The translations under genes and the position numbers were made by a program. A stretch of DNA of 64,000 nucleotides from assembly GCA_009786185.1 (NCBI GenBank), contig WQTS01000137.1, positions 855-64,854 of the forward strand, in the 5' to 3' direction. How positions within the stretch are numbered: position 1 is the first letter of the stretch; each line of letters begins with the position of its first letter. The notes beneath the pieces are model-generated. The model saw only the letters and a program-made list of their open reading frames with translations. It was not told where the DNA came from and did no database searches. The DNA is from Bacteroidota bacterium (GTDB lineage: Bacteria > Bacteroidota > Bacteroidia > Bacteroidales > WCHB1-69). Shown piece after piece: positions 45,065 through 55,236 of the stretch.

Positions 45065-45081
45065 GGCGGCGAAAATATATT

Positions 45082-45813
45082 TTAACGCCTTAACTCAAAA
45101 TTCTTCCCAAGATAAACAGTTCTCACGTACTCATCAGCCGCAAGATCTTCGGCAGTGCCGGTTTTGATGATGCGCCCCTCGAAAAGTAAATAAGCGCGAT
45201 CGGTGATAGACAGCGTTTCGTGCACGTTATGGTCTGTAATTAAGATGCCTATGTTCTTCTCTTTCAGCTTCCAAACAATGTTTTGAATGTCTTCTACGGC
45301 AATGGGATCCACGCCGGCAAAAGGCTCATCTAACAAAATAAATTTAGGATTAGATGCCAAACAGCGTGCAATTTCGCAACGCCTGCGCTCGCCGCCTGAA
45401 AGGTTTTGCCCTAAATTTTTCCGCACTTTTTGAATATTAAACTCTTGAATTAGAGTTTCCAATTTGTCGTTTTGCTCCTCTTTGCTCATGTTGGTAAATT
45501 GCAAAATAGCACGGATATTGTCTTCCACAGTAAGTTGACGAAAAACCGAAGCTTCCTGCGGCAGGTAAGAGATGCCCATTTGTGCGCGTTTGTACATGGG
45601 CAATCTCGTTATATCTCTATCATCTAAAAAAATCTTGCCTGAAAACGGCTTAATGATCCCCACAATCATGTAGAAAGAGGTGGTTTTTCCTGCGCCGTTG
45701 GGTCCGAGCAAACCCACAATTTCCCCTTGTTTTACATCAAAAGAAGCTTCGTTAACCACCGTGCGATGCTTATAGATTTTTACTAAGTTTTCGGTGCGAA
45801 TACTATGGTTCAT
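45082..45813 (-). CDS. lptB: LPS export ABC transporter ATP-binding protein
   Basis: 243 aa with [17 protein letters not shown] and a C-terminal YLGKNF, which is typical of LptB. Confidence 0.8.
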   Translation of the reverse strand: MNHSIRTENLVKIYKHRTVVNEASFDVKQGEIVGLLGPNGAGKTTSFYMIVGIIKPFSGKIFLDDRDITRLPMYKRAQMGISYLPQEASVFRQLTVEDNIRAILQFTNMSKEEQNDKLETLIQEFNIQKVRKNLGQNLSGGERRRCEIARCLASNPKFILLDEPFAGVDPIAVEDIQNIVWKLKEKNIGILITDHNVHETLSITDRAYLLFEGRIIKTGTAEDLAADEYVRTVYLGKNFELRR

Positions 45814-46220
45814 AATTCGTTTTTTTCAGCGTCAATTTTAATTTTTTCGGATAATGCTTCTACAAAACGTTTTAGCGGTTTTTGCAGCATCGGTTTCAAG
45901 AATATAGGTACATCAATATCTATTTCTGCTTCCACATCGGTTTCGTTTTCAGAAACGGAATTCAGTTTTAGTTCTAAAAAAAGCGGAATATTCCTGTCAT
46001 TTTCAGCTGTATAACGAATATAAGTGAAAGGTATTTTTTCTAATATTTTCAGCGTAACTTTGGCAATATTTTCTATCGTAAAAGTGCACGATTCTTCAGT
46101 GGCGCTGAAATCTTTCACCTGTTCGGGCATGTAACGCGCTAAATTTTGACAATTACTCGCCAATTCAAAAAGTTTAGCAGCAGGTAGGTTTACGCGGGTT
46201 AATGGGCTGGTAATTTTCAT
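45810..46220 (-). CDS. hypothetical protein (possibly SRPBCC-fold)
   Basis: 136-aa ORF overlapping the lptB start by 4 nt. Confidence 0.35.
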   Translation of the reverse strand: MKITSPLTRVNLPAAKLFELASNCQNLARYMPEQVKDFSATEESCTFTIENIAKVTLKILEKIPFTYIRYTAENDRNIPLFLELKLNSVSENETDVEAEIDIDVPIFLKPMLQKPLKRFVEALSEKIKIDAEKNEL

Positions 46221-46266
46221 AAGTTGGAGGTTTAACAGTATTAAAAAATATTTTTTTCAACGGAAT

Positions 46267-46827
46267 TCAGGCTTTCAATCCAAAATCAAAAAGTGTTTTA
46301 TAAATCGGTCCTTCGTTGGTGAGCTTGCTTTGTATGAGTTTGAGGCGATGAATAGGTATAGTTTGAGCAAAATGAGGTTGCCGTTTTTCAATAGTTTCCC
46401 AAAAACGTTTTTTATGATCCGCTTTTTTTATTCTTCCTATCGTAATATGAGGCACAAAATTACCATAGTTTTCTTGAAAACCGATATGTAGCAATTCTTT
46501 TTCCAAATTTTCAAACAGTTTTTTGAATAATGAAAACTCTGAAAAGCCATACCACAAGACAGCAGGCGCGTATTTACTGCCAAAAACGCCCATTTTATCT
46601 AACTGTAAATCAAAGCATTGTGTCGAATTAGCAATAGAAGACAAAATGTTTGCAATGGGCTCAATTTTTGCATCGGGTGTTTCGCCGAGAAAACGCAAAG
46701 TAAGATGTTGTAATCCGCTTTTTACCCACACAATATCATCGCCTCTTAAATCGGCTTGTAGTTGCCGGGTTAAAGTCTGAAATTCGTTCGACAACTCAAT
46801 GTCTACCGCAATAAAAAGTCGTTTCAT
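46267..46827 (-). CDS. thpR: RNA 2',3'-cyclic phosphodiesterase (2H phosphoesterase, LigT/ThpR)
   Basis: Two HxT motifs are present: HLTLRFLG and HITIGR. Confidence 0.75.
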   Translation of the reverse strand: MKRLFIAVDIELSNEFQTLTRQLQADLRGDDIVWVKSGLQHLTLRFLGETPDAKIEPIANILSSIANSTQCFDLQLDKMGVFGSKYAPAVLWYGFSEFSLFKKLFENLEKELLHIGFQENYGNFVPHITIGRIKKADHKKRFWETIEKRQPHFAQTIPIHRLKLIQSKLTNEGPIYKTLFDFGLKA

Positions 46828-46831
46828 AGCG

Positions 46832-48274
46832 CTATTGATTTGCCTCTATTTTATTTTGCAGTTCAGGAGAGCTGATGCCACGCCGTTGCGCAGTTTTCCA
46901 ATATTTTACCGCTTCTTCTTTTTGCCCTAACTCAATCGCAATGTCGCCCAATAATAGATTCAAATCTGCCACAAAACTATTTTCAAATGTGAACGATAAC
47001 GCTTGTTTAGCAGCTCTTAGCGCACCTTCAAACTGTTTTTCTTTGTACAAAGCCAACGCCAATCCGTATTGAATGGTAGCATGAGTGGGAAAATATTCTT
47101 CTATCAGTTTTTCATTTGCAACAATGGTCTGATAATCTTCCAATTTTGATAAAACATATAAATAATCTTCCCAAACGGAGAATTGCGTTTCATCTAACTC
47201 TATACATATCTCATAGAATAACTTAGCTGCCGGAAAATTATTTTCTAATGCGTTGAGTTTCGCCACGGCAGTCCAGCCTTCCAAATCGTAAGGGTGCGCT
47301 TCAGCGGTAGTTAATGCTAATTTTTTTGTTTTTTCCAAAATCTCAGGAGTTTGCAAACGAAAAGCATTAGCCAAATAGGTTTTCAGAATCGGAATTTTCT
47401 CTTCAATTTCCAACTCTTTACTCGAAAAAGCCCTTAGTAACGCCTCAAAACTTTCTTCCGGCTTTTTGGTTATCTCGTAATAGTTCGATAACATCAAATT
47501 CAAGACAGGATTTTGTGCATCTATTTGCATAGCTTCCCGAAAAAAAGGGAACGCTTTATCCGGCATGTTGTTCGACAAATAGATTTCTCCTGCAATGATA
47601 TAATATTCAATCTCATGAGGATAAAGCTCTAACAGTTTTTCATATTCCCGCACGGCATTTTTTACGTCATTCAAATAGAGCCATATATTTTTTTTTACTT
47701 CGGTAATCGCATCATTTTTCCCCACAATACTTTCTATTCTATCATATACTTTTATGACTTCTTGCAATTTACCTAAGTGTGCATAACTGTTTGCCAGCGA
47801 CATTAAATAATACTCATTATTATATTTGACTTTGCAAATATCTTCCCAAATTTTCACGGCGCTTGCATAATCGCCCAATTTTTCGTAAACCTCCGCCAAA
47901 TCAATTTGATACCACTCATTTTTCTTATCTAATTTAATAGCTTCTTTTAAGTAATGAGAAGCCAACAGATAATCTTGCTGTTCTGCAGCTATTTTGTAGA
48001 GCAAATAATAAGCAGCATCATTTTTCGGGTTTTGTTTGACCACCTCTTGAAACGATTTTGTAGCGCCGGAATAATTCTGTGAATAAAACTCCCGAAGTCC
48101 ATCGGCAAAAATAACGGATTGCTTGCGCTCATCGGCAGTAATCTCCGTCTGTTTAACCGGTTGCTTTGCGGATTTTTTTTGCTTTTTTTGAGCATAAGCG
48201 GGAGGCGAGATGAGGAGGAAAACAGAAAGTAGGAGGCAGAAAGTGGTGTGCGGTATGCGGTGTGCGGTGTTCAT
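46832..48274 (-). CDS. TPR-repeat protein with signal peptide
   Basis: 480 aa with repeated TPR-like A..Y/L..A patterns. The first 11 codons are encoded by a heptamer repeat. Confidence 0.65.
   Translation of the reverse strand: MNTAHRIPHTTFCLLLSVFLLISPPAYAQKKQKKSAKQPVKQTEITADERKQSVIFADGLREFYSQNYSGATKSFQEVVKQNPKNDAAYYLLYKIAAEQQDYLLASHYLKEAIKLDKKNEWYQIDLAEVYEKLGDYASAVKIWEDICKVKYNNEYYLMSLANSYAHLGKLQEVIKVYDRIESIVGKNDAITEVKKNIWLYLNDVKNAVREYEKLLELYPHEIEYYIIAGEIYLSNNMPDKAFPFFREAMQIDAQNPVLNLMLSNYYEITKKPEESFEALLRAFSSKELEIEEKIPILKTYLANAFRLQTPEILEKTKKLALTTAEAHPYDLEGWTAVAKLNALENNFPAAKLFYEICIELDETQFSVWEDYLYVLSKLEDYQTIVANEKLIEEYFPTHATIQYGLALALYKEKQFEGALRAAKQALSFTFENSFVADLNLLLGDIAIELGQKEEAVKYWKTAQRRGISSPELQNKIEANQ
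48245..48270 (+). repeat. GCGGTRT heptamer array (left arm)
   Basis: The sequence is ggtgt gcggtat gcggtgt gcggtgt. It is the reverse complement type of the array at 48353-48394. Confidence 0.75.
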
Positions 48275-48352
48275 AGGTTAAAATTCGTTACAAATCATAT
48301 AACGCTAATTTTTGGAAAAACATATAAAGCTCTCAAAATCTCATTACTTCTC

Positions 48353-48394
48353 CACCGCACACCTCATACCTCATACCTCATACCGCATACCGCA
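48353..48394 (+). repeat. six tandem YACCKCA heptamers (right arm)
   Basis: The sequence is caccgca cacctca tacctca tacctca taccgca taccgca. It encodes the last 7 aa and the stop of the kinase gene. Confidence 0.75.
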
Positions 48395-49332
48395 TTACTC
48401 TGCATGATCCTTGCACCGATGGTTTCTATGCACCTTGCACTTAGTTTTGAAGCTAATGCGCCGGCATCGGCAACAGTATAGTCGTTTATTAAACCATATA
48501 AAAATCCTGCGGCGTAAATATCTCCTGCGCCGGTAGAATCTTTGCACTGCGCTTTTGCAGCAGGAATTACCGTAGTTTCTCCGTTTACGCGCGCCAACGA
48601 ACCATGCGCGCCCAATTTTACTACGGAAACAGAACAGTAGGTAGATAAAATCTCCAACGCTTCGTGTTCTTTTTTTCCGGTAAATGCAAATGCTTCTTCT
48701 TCATTTGCAAAAATGATGTCCACGTAATCGCGAAGTAGTTCTTCTACCAAAGGATGCATCACCTCTACCAAATTATAGCTTGCCATATCCATGGAGATTT
48801 GCAGTCCGCATTTTTTTGCCAACTTGCAGATACTTAGAATTAAATCCTTATTAAAAATCAAATACCCTTCCACATGAATGATGTCATACAAAGAAAATAT
48901 GCGTTCGTGCAAATCATCGGGTGTTTGGGTGGCGGCAGCGCCAAGGTAAGTGGCAAAAGTACGTTCACCGTCTTTGGTAATAAAGGTGGTGGCAATTCCC
49001 GTATCAATTTCCGAATGAAGAAGGTGTGTAGCAACTCCTGCTTTTTCCATATCTTTTTGGAAAAAACATCCCATATCGTCCTCCCCTATCTTTCCAATAT
49101 AACCTGTTGGAGCACCCAACTGCGCCAATCCGTAAATGGTATTTGAGGTAGAGCCTCCCGAAACCACCGTTTGTTTTAATCCGTGGATTTCTCTGTGGAT
49201 TTCGTTTTTCAGGTCGACATTGATCATCTCCATGCCTCCTTTTTTTAAGCCGAATTTTTTTAATAATGATTCGTCGTGTACTTCAACGAGTATGTCTACT
49301 AAGGCATTTCCGATTCCGAGGATTTTTTTCAT
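48364..49332 (-). CDS. PfkB-family sugar/nucleoside kinase
   Basis: It has an N-terminal GIGNALVDIL and the C-terminal ATP motif DSTGAGDIYAAGFLYG. The start was moved to MKKILG (ATG at 49332). Confidence 0.75.
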   Translation of the reverse strand: MKKILGIGNALVDILVEVHDESLLKKFGLKKGGMEMINVDLKNEIHREIHGLKQTVVSGGSTSNTIYGLAQLGAPTGYIGKIGEDDMGCFFQKDMEKAGVATHLLHSEIDTGIATTFITKDGERTFATYLGAAATQTPDDLHERIFSLYDIIHVEGYLIFNKDLILSICKLAKKCGLQISMDMASYNLVEVMHPLVEELLRDYVDIIFANEEEAFAFTGKKEHEALEILSTYCSVSVVKLGAHGSLARVNGETTVIPAAKAQCKDSTGAGDIYAAGFLYGLINDYTVADAGALASKLSARCIETIGARIMQSNAVCGMRYEV

Positions 49333-49510
49333 TAAGTAAAGTGTTGATATTTTCGGCAAAAATAATAAAATCGCATAATTTTGAAAGTAGCGTAAATTTT
49401 TAAAGAAAAGTTAGGGATGTGCAAGCACGTTTATTAGGCGTTCCTAATATGCAGTCTGTCATTTGTTCAACTCCACATTAAAATTGACTTTTCAAAAAAC
49501 ATCTTCCCTC

Positions 49511-49539
49511 TTGACAAACGCCTTTCCAAAACGTATATT
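49511..49539 (+). promoter_or_regulatory. candidate promoter, TTGACA-N17-TATATT (also reads TAtaTTTG)
   Basis: It lies 22 nt upstream of the ORF6N start codon. This is a sequence match only. Confidence 0.35.
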
Positions 49540-49561
49540 TGCACGACTAAAAAATACTATC

Positions 49562-50173
49562 ATGGATATACTAAAATTCAACTCTGTAGAAGAAAAAATC
49601 ATTACCCTGCGCGGCATTCCCGTAATTATTGATTATGATGTTGCCGAAATTTATGGGGTAGAAACAAAAGAAATTAACCAAGCAGTAAGAAATAATCCTA
49701 GAAAATTCCCAGAAGGGTTTATTTTTGAAGTTGAAAAACAGGAACTTGCAACTTTGCGGTCAAATTTTTTGACCGCAAAACTAAAAAAAACAAGAGCTTT
49801 GCCCAAAGTTTTTACCGAACAAGGTCTCTATATGCTGGCAACCATCCTAAAAAGCCCAAAAGCGACAGATGCTACTTTGGATATCATTGAAGCGTTTACA
49901 AAATTTCGTGAATTGTCTCGCACGCTCACTAACATTACCCAAACAACTGATGAAGCCAAGCACAAAACATTACTTGTAAAGTCGGGAGCTTTACTAAATG
50001 ATTTACTGTTTAATGATTTGCAGAAAGTTTCCACAGAATGTTCGGTAGAGTTTAATCTGGGATTGATGAAAGTAAAGCATCAAACCAAAAGAGAACGAAT
50101 GAAACCGGAGGAGCAAAGTGAAGTTAAAGAGCTTTTGTATAAGATCTTAAAGAAGTTAGAGGAAATTATTTAG
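49562..50173 (+). CDS. ORF6N (KilA-N-like) domain protein
   Basis: IITLRGIPVIIDYDVAEIYGVETKEINQAVRNNPRKFPEGFIFEV is the characteristic ORF6N N-terminus. An ATG at 49562 is used instead of the TTG at 49463. Confidence 0.65.
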   Translation: MDILKFNSVEEKIITLRGIPVIIDYDVAEIYGVETKEINQAVRNNPRKFPEGFIFEVEKQELATLRSNFLTAKLKKTRALPKVFTEQGLYMLATILKSPKATDATLDIIEAFTKFRELSRTLTNITQTTDEAKHKTLLVKSGALLNDLLFNDLQKVSTECSVEFNLGLMKVKHQTKRERMKPEEQSEVKELLYKILKKLEEII

Positions 50174-50301
50174 CCTTTCGCTTTTCGTGCATTTTTATAT
50201 CAATATTTTATATAAATTCGCAACCTTTAAAAAAAGGGCTTACGCTTTATAAAAAAACAAACTAACATTATATTAATCATCATAATAACAACAAATTCGA
50301 A

Positions 50302-50697
50302 ATGGAAAAAATTAAATCGTTAGCGGATTTGAAGAAAAAAAGAGAAGCACTTCAATCCAATCTCAAACTTCGCGAACAAGGCGAAAACACTGAAAGTTTA
50401 ATTCAGGTGAAAGTGGCTATGGCTACTTGCGGCATTGCTTCCGGCGCCAAGCAGGTAATGGAAACAATCATTAACGAGTCTAACAAACGACATATTCCTG
50501 TCGTGGTTACACAAACCGGCTGTATGGGTTATTGCTACGCAGAACCTACCGTAGAGGTTACCAAGCCCGGGCAAGATCCTGTGGTGTTCGGCTACATCAC
50601 TCCGCAAAAAGCAGAGGAACTTGTGGATAAATATTTAGTCGGAAACGAAATGTTAGACGGCGTTATTCCCGTAAATTACGAAAAAGTTGAACAATAA
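50302..50697 (+). CDS. small thioredoxin-like [2Fe-2S] ferredoxin subunit (HndB-like)
   Basis: 131 aa with Cys residues in MATCGIASGA and TGCMGYCYAEP. It is the first gene of the hydrogenase operon. Confidence 0.6.
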   Translation: MEKIKSLADLKKKREALQSNLKLREQGENTESLIQVKVAMATCGIASGAKQVMETIINESNKRHIPVVVTQTGCMGYCYAEPTVEVTKPGQDPVVFGYITPQKAEELVDKYLVGNEMLDGVIPVNYEKVEQ

Positions 50698-50712
50698 AAT
50701 CATCCTATCATT

Positions 50713-52506
50713 ATGGCAAATTATAAATATCACATGTTAGTTTGCGGCGGAACCGGCTGTTTCGCTTCGCAAAGTGATCAAATTAAAAAAAACTTAGCTC
50801 AAATTATTGAAGAAAAAGGATTGCAAAACGAAGTTCAGGTGGTAATCACCGGCTGTTTCGGTTTTTGCGAACAAGGTCCTATCGTGAAAATGCTTCCCGA
50901 TAACACGTTTTACGTGAGAGTGAAGCCGGAAGATTGTCGCGAACTTGTTGAAGAGCACATCATAAAAGGTAGAAAAGTAAATCGTTTGTTGTACACAGAT
51001 CCGGAAAATAAAGAACACGTTGCGGATTCAAAACACATGGAATTCTACAAAAAACAGTTACGTATCGCATTACGTAACTGCGGATTCATTGATCCTGAAA
51101 ATATTAACGAATATATCGCTCGTGATGGATACGCAGCTTTAGCTTCTGTTTTAGAAATCAATAATCCTTTAGCTACTATTGATGTAATTAAGAAATCGGG
51201 ACTTCGCGGTCGTGGCGGCGGCGGCTTCCCCACAGGATTAAAATGGGAAATTGCAGCTAAAAATCATGCAGACCAAAAATACGTAGTGTGTAATGCCGAC
51301 GAGGGCGATCCAGGCGCATTTATGGATCGGTCCATCTTGGAAGGCGACCCACATTCCGTTTTGGAAGCCATGGCAATCAACGGATTTTGTATTGGTGCAA
51401 ATAAAGGGTTGATCTATATTCGTGCTGAATATCCTTTAGCCATTGAACGTTTATTAATCGCTATTAAACAAGCTGAAGAAACCGGATTACTCGGTAAAAA
51501 TATTTTCGGTTCGGATTTCAGTTTCGACATAGAGTTGCGTTACGGCGCCGGAGCATTCGTTTGCGGCGAAGAAACCGCACTGATCCATTCTATGGAAGGC
51601 GAACGCGGCGAACCTACTTTCAAACCGCCATTTCCTGCACAGGAAGGTTATTTGAAAATGCCTACCAACGTAAATAACGTGGAAACGTATGCTAACATTC
51701 CCGTAATTATTCTTAAAGGTTGGGAATGGTTTAGCTCTATCGGAACCGAAAAATCGAAAGGTACTAAAGTATTTGCATTAGCCGGAAAAATTAATAACGT
51801 AGGGTTGATAGAAGTGCCTATGGGTATCACGCTTCGCGAAGTAGTTTACGAAATTGGCGGCGGTATTAAAGACGGCAAAAAATTCAAAGCGATGCAAACC
51901 GGTGGTCCTTCGGGCGGTTGCTTAACCGAGAAATTCTTAGATACGCCTATTGATTATGACAACTTGATTGAAGCCGGCTCTATGATGGGATCGGGCGGTA
52001 TGATTGTAATGGATGAAGATGATTGTATGGTTGCCGTTTCTAAATTTTATTTGGAGTTCACCGTAGAAGAATCTTGCGGAAAGTGTACGCCTTGTCGCAT
52101 CGGAAACAAACGCTTGTATGAATTATTAGAGAAAATTACCGAAGGTAAAGGTACAATGGAAGATCTTGACATATTGAAAAGCTTAAGCAAAGTAATTAAA
52201 GATACATCGCTTTGCGGGTTGGGTCAAACCTCTCCAAACCCTGTTTTATCTACCATTGATAACTTTTGGGATGAGTACTTAGCCCACGTAATGGAGAAAA
52301 AATGTCCCGCCGGTCAATGTAAAGCATTGAAGAGCTACATAATTGAACCGGATCTTTGTATCGGTTGCGGAGCATGTGTTCGCGTGTGTCCGGTAAATGC
52401 AATTAAAGGCGAAAAGAAAATGCCGCACGAAATCAATCAAGCCGACTGTATCAAATGTGGCGCTTGTATCGAAAAATGTAAGTTTAATGCAATATTAATC
52501 AAATAA
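50713..52506 (+). CDS. NuoF-like NAD(P)H-binding flavoprotein subunit of the hydrogenase (HydB/HndC-like)
   Basis: It has an N-terminal 2Fe-2S region (CGGTGC, GCFGFCEQGP), an FMN/NADH motif (GRGGGGFPTGLKW), a 4Fe-4S motif (ESCGKCTPCR) and two C-terminal ferredoxin motifs (CIGCGACVRVCP, CIKCGACIEKC). Confidence 0.85.
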   Translation: MANYKYHMLVCGGTGCFASQSDQIKKNLAQIIEEKGLQNEVQVVITGCFGFCEQGPIVKMLPDNTFYVRVKPEDCRELVEEHIIKGRKVNRLLYTDPENKEHVADSKHMEFYKKQLRIALRNCGFIDPENINEYIARDGYAALASVLEINNPLATIDVIKKSGLRGRGGGGFPTGLKWEIAAKNHADQKYVVCNADEGDPGAFMDRSILEGDPHSVLEAMAINGFCIGANKGLIYIRAEYPLAIERLLIAIKQAEETGLLGKNIFGSDFSFDIELRYGAGAFVCGEETALIHSMEGERGEPTFKPPFPAQEGYLKMPTNVNNVETYANIPVIILKGWEWFSSIGTEKSKGTKVFALAGKINNVGLIEVPMGITLREVVYEIGGGIKDGKKFKAMQTGGPSGGCLTEKFLDTPIDYDNLIEAGSMMGSGGMIVMDEDDCMVAVSKFYLEFTVEESCGKCTPCRIGNKRLYELLEKITEGKGTMEDLDILKSLSKVIKDTSLCGLGQTSPNPVLSTIDNFWDEYLAHVMEKKCPAGQCKALKSYIIEPDLCIGCGACVRVCPVNAIKGEKKMPHEINQADCIKCGACIEKCKFNAILIK

Positions 52507-52519
52507 ATAGACGTACAAT

Positions 52520-54295
52520 ATGGACAAAATAAAATTAATCATAGATAATAAAGAAGTATCGGTACCCAAAGGTTCAACGATATTAGAAGCGGCTCACAAA
52601 ATTGGAATTGATATTCCTACGCTGTGTCATTTTGAATTAAAAGACTTGGATATTCATAATAAACCGGGCGGCTGCCGTATTTGTGTGGTAGAAGTGGAAG
52701 GCAGACGTAACTTGGCGCCCGCTTGCGTTACGGAATGTACTGAAGGAATGATAGTAAAAACCAACTCAATACGCGTATTAAATGCGCGCAGAACGGTGTT
52801 GGAGTTGCTTTTGAGCGACCACCCGGCAGATTGTTTGGTGTGTGCAAAAAGCTGTCATTGCCAATTGCAAGATTTGGCAGCCCGTTTTGGGGTGCGCGAA
52901 ATCCCGTTCCAAGGCGAGCAATCATCTTACCAATTAGAAGTGTCGCCCTCTATTATACGCGACATGAACAAATGCGTAATGTGCCGTCGTTGCGAAACGA
53001 TGTGTAACGAACTTCAAACCGTAGGTGCACTTAACGCTATTGAGCGCGGGTTCCCGGCAGTAGTTTCTACGGCTTTCAACCAAACATTGGCTAACTCGCC
53101 TTGTACGTTCTGCGGACAGTGCGTGGCCGTTTGTCCGGTAGGCGCATTGGTAGAAATGGATCACACTCCGAAGGTTATTCGCGCTATTGCCGATGGAAAG
53201 AAAACCGTAGTGGTACAAGTAGCTCCGGCAGTGCGCGTTGCACTTGGCGAAGAGTTTGGCATGAAACCCGGCACCATTGTTACCGGCAAGTTAACCGCCG
53301 CTTTAAAAGCGCTTGGCTTCAACTATGTATTCGATACCGATTGGAGCGCCGACTTAACCATTATGGAAGAAGGCACAGAGCTTATTGACAAATTAACCCG
53401 CCATTTGAATGGAGATAAAAGTGTGAAGCTTCCATTGTTATCTTCTTGCTGTCCGGCATGGGTAAATTTCTTTGAGTATCATTTCCCTGAATTAAAAGAT
53501 ATTCCGTCAACTGCAAAATCTCCGCAACAAATGTTTGGCTCCATTGCCAAATCTTATTTCGCCGATAAAATTGGCGTGAAACGCGAAGATATGGTAGTAG
53601 TTTCCGTAATGCCTTGTTTAGCGAAAAAATATGAATGCGCTCGCGATGAGTTTAAAGTAGATGGAAATCCGGATGTAGATTATTCTATTTCAACAAGAGA
53701 ATTGGCTGCATTAATTAAACAAGCAAATATTGACTTTAAATCGTTGGAAGATGCACCTTTCGATTCTCCGTTGGGTGAATCTACCGGTGCTGCGGTAATT
53801 TTCGGAACTACCGGTGGCGTTATCGAAGCTGCTGTTAGAACTGTTTATGAGGTACTTACGAAAAAGCCGCTTCCGAAACTTGAATTTACAGAACTCCGTG
53901 GATTAGAAGGCGTTCGTTCAGCTACGATTGATGTGGACGGCTTTAAACTCAACATCGGTATTGCACATGGATTGAGCAATGCGCGTAAATTGTTGAACGA
54001 GATTAAAGAAGGAAAATCTCAATTCCATGCGATTGAAGTAATGGCGTGTCCGGGTGGTTGTATTGATGGTGGTGGACAACCGTTGCACCACGGTAATAGC
54101 GAAATCATTAAAGCCCGCTGGGAAGCCATTTATGAAGCTGACCGCAACATGCCGATTCGTAAATCTCACGAGAACCCATCGATTCAAGCTATTTACAAAG
54201 AATTTTTGGGTGAACCGTGCGGACACAAATCACACGAATTGTTACATACGCATTATTTCGACAAAGCGAAAGTTATTGAAGTAAAATTAGATTAA
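52520..54295 (+). CDS. hydA: [FeFe]-hydrogenase catalytic subunit
   Basis: The H-cluster motifs LSSCCPAWVNF, VMPCLAKKYE and EVMACPGGCIDGGGQP are present, with N-terminal 2Fe-2S and 4Fe-4S ferredoxin modules. Confidence 0.9.
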   Translation: MDKIKLIIDNKEVSVPKGSTILEAAHKIGIDIPTLCHFELKDLDIHNKPGGCRICVVEVEGRRNLAPACVTECTEGMIVKTNSIRVLNARRTVLELLLSDHPADCLVCAKSCHCQLQDLAARFGVREIPFQGEQSSYQLEVSPSIIRDMNKCVMCRRCETMCNELQTVGALNAIERGFPAVVSTAFNQTLANSPCTFCGQCVAVCPVGALVEMDHTPKVIRAIADGKKTVVVQVAPAVRVALGEEFGMKPGTIVTGKLTAALKALGFNYVFDTDWSADLTIMEEGTELIDKLTRHLNGDKSVKLPLLSSCCPAWVNFFEYHFPELKDIPSTAKSPQQMFGSIAKSYFADKIGVKREDMVVVSVMPCLAKKYECARDEFKVDGNPDVDYSISTRELAALIKQANIDFKSLEDAPFDSPLGESTGAAVIFGTTGGVIEAAVRTVYEVLTKKPLPKLEFTELRGLEGVRSATIDVDGFKLNIGIAHGLSNARKLLNEIKEGKSQFHAIEVMACPGGCIDGGGQPLHHGNSEIIKARWEAIYEADRNMPIRKSHENPSIQAIYKEFLGEPCGHKSHELLHTHYFDKAKVIEVKLD

Positions 54296-54302
54296 TCCCC
54301 GT

Positions 54303-54326
54303 AGGGGCGCAAGATTTTGCGCCCCT
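54303..54326. repeat. perfect 10-bp-stem hairpin between hydA and the NuoE-like gene
   Basis: The sequence is aggggcgcaa-gatt-ttgcgcccct, with no adjacent T-run. Confidence 0.6.
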
Positions 54327-54344
54327 GCAAAAATTTTAAAAATT

Positions 54345-54842
54345 ATGTCAGTTAAAATAGAAATCAGTCAAAAAACAAGAACGAAAATCGAAGAAATTTG
54401 CAAATCGTTCAACAACGAGCCGGGTGAGTTGATTAATGTGTTGCACAAAACGCAAGATTATTTAGGATACCTTCCGGCGGAGGTGCAAGAAGTAGTTGCC
54501 CACGAATTAAAAATTTCCACTGCGAAAGTGTATGGTGTAGTATCATTCTACTCTTTCTTTACCATGATTCCGAAAGGACGTTTCCCCGTATCTATCTGTA
54601 TGGGAACTGCTTGCTACGTGCGCGGTGCTGAACGTATCCTCGATGAGTTCAAGCATTTATTAAAACTCGGTGTAGGCGAAACCGGTGCTGACGGCTTGTT
54701 CTCATTAGCGTCATTGCGTTGCGTAGGCGCATGTGGACTCGCTCCCGTTGTGCTCGTAGGCGAAAAAGTTTACGGACGTCTTGCCACAGACGATGTGAAA
54801 AGCATTGTAGAGGAATATAAAGGTGGGGGATGTGCGGTGTAA
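54345..54842 (+). CDS. NuoE-like [2Fe-2S] subunit of the hydrogenase (HydC/HndA-like)
   Basis: 165 aa with the Cys motifs SICMGTACYVRG and LRCVGACGLAPV. Confidence 0.8.
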   Translation: MSVKIEISQKTRTKIEEICKSFNNEPGELINVLHKTQDYLGYLPAEVQEVVAHELKISTAKVYGVVSFYSFFTMIPKGRFPVSICMGTACYVRGAERILDEFKHLLKLGVGETGADGLFSLASLRCVGACGLAPVVLVGEKVYGRLATDDVKSIVEEYKGGGCAV

Positions 54843-54863
54843 ACCGTTAAATTTCAAAAACTG

Positions 54864-54896
54864 TAGAGACGTTGCATGCAACGTCTCTATTTGTTT
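54864..54896 (+). terminator. rho-independent terminator of the hydrogenase operon
   Basis: A 26-nt perfect palindrome (tagagacgttgca/tgcaacgtctcta) is followed by tttgttt. Confidence 0.6.
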
Positions 54897-55164
54897 AATG
54901 TCAATTCTTTAATCTATAGTCCCCTTCTGAATCTATCTTGCCCAATCATCATAAAACCATCTGAGATTCACGTCTAACGGTTTTTGAGTTATTATTAAGT
55001 CATCTTTATTTCTTTCAACAAAATACATTATATTCCAGCCTCTTTTAAAAGAACAATCATACTCACATGGAAAATCCGCAGTCCATTGCCCCCCTTTGGC
55101 CAATCCAAACTGACCCCTTCTCGCCGATTTAAATTGACCCCCTGAAAACAGAGAAAGAATATCT

Positions 55165-55236
55165 TTAACCCAAATTACGCATTAGAAAAAATCTACTAAT
55201 TTTGTGTTCCAATTTCTAATGCGTAATTTGGGTTAA
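55165..55236. repeat. perfect 24-bp inverted repeat with a 24-nt spacer
   Basis: ttaacccaaattacgcattagaaa (55165-55188) pairs with tttctaatgcgtaatttgggttaa (55213-55236). It abuts the truncation point of istA. Confidence 0.85.
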
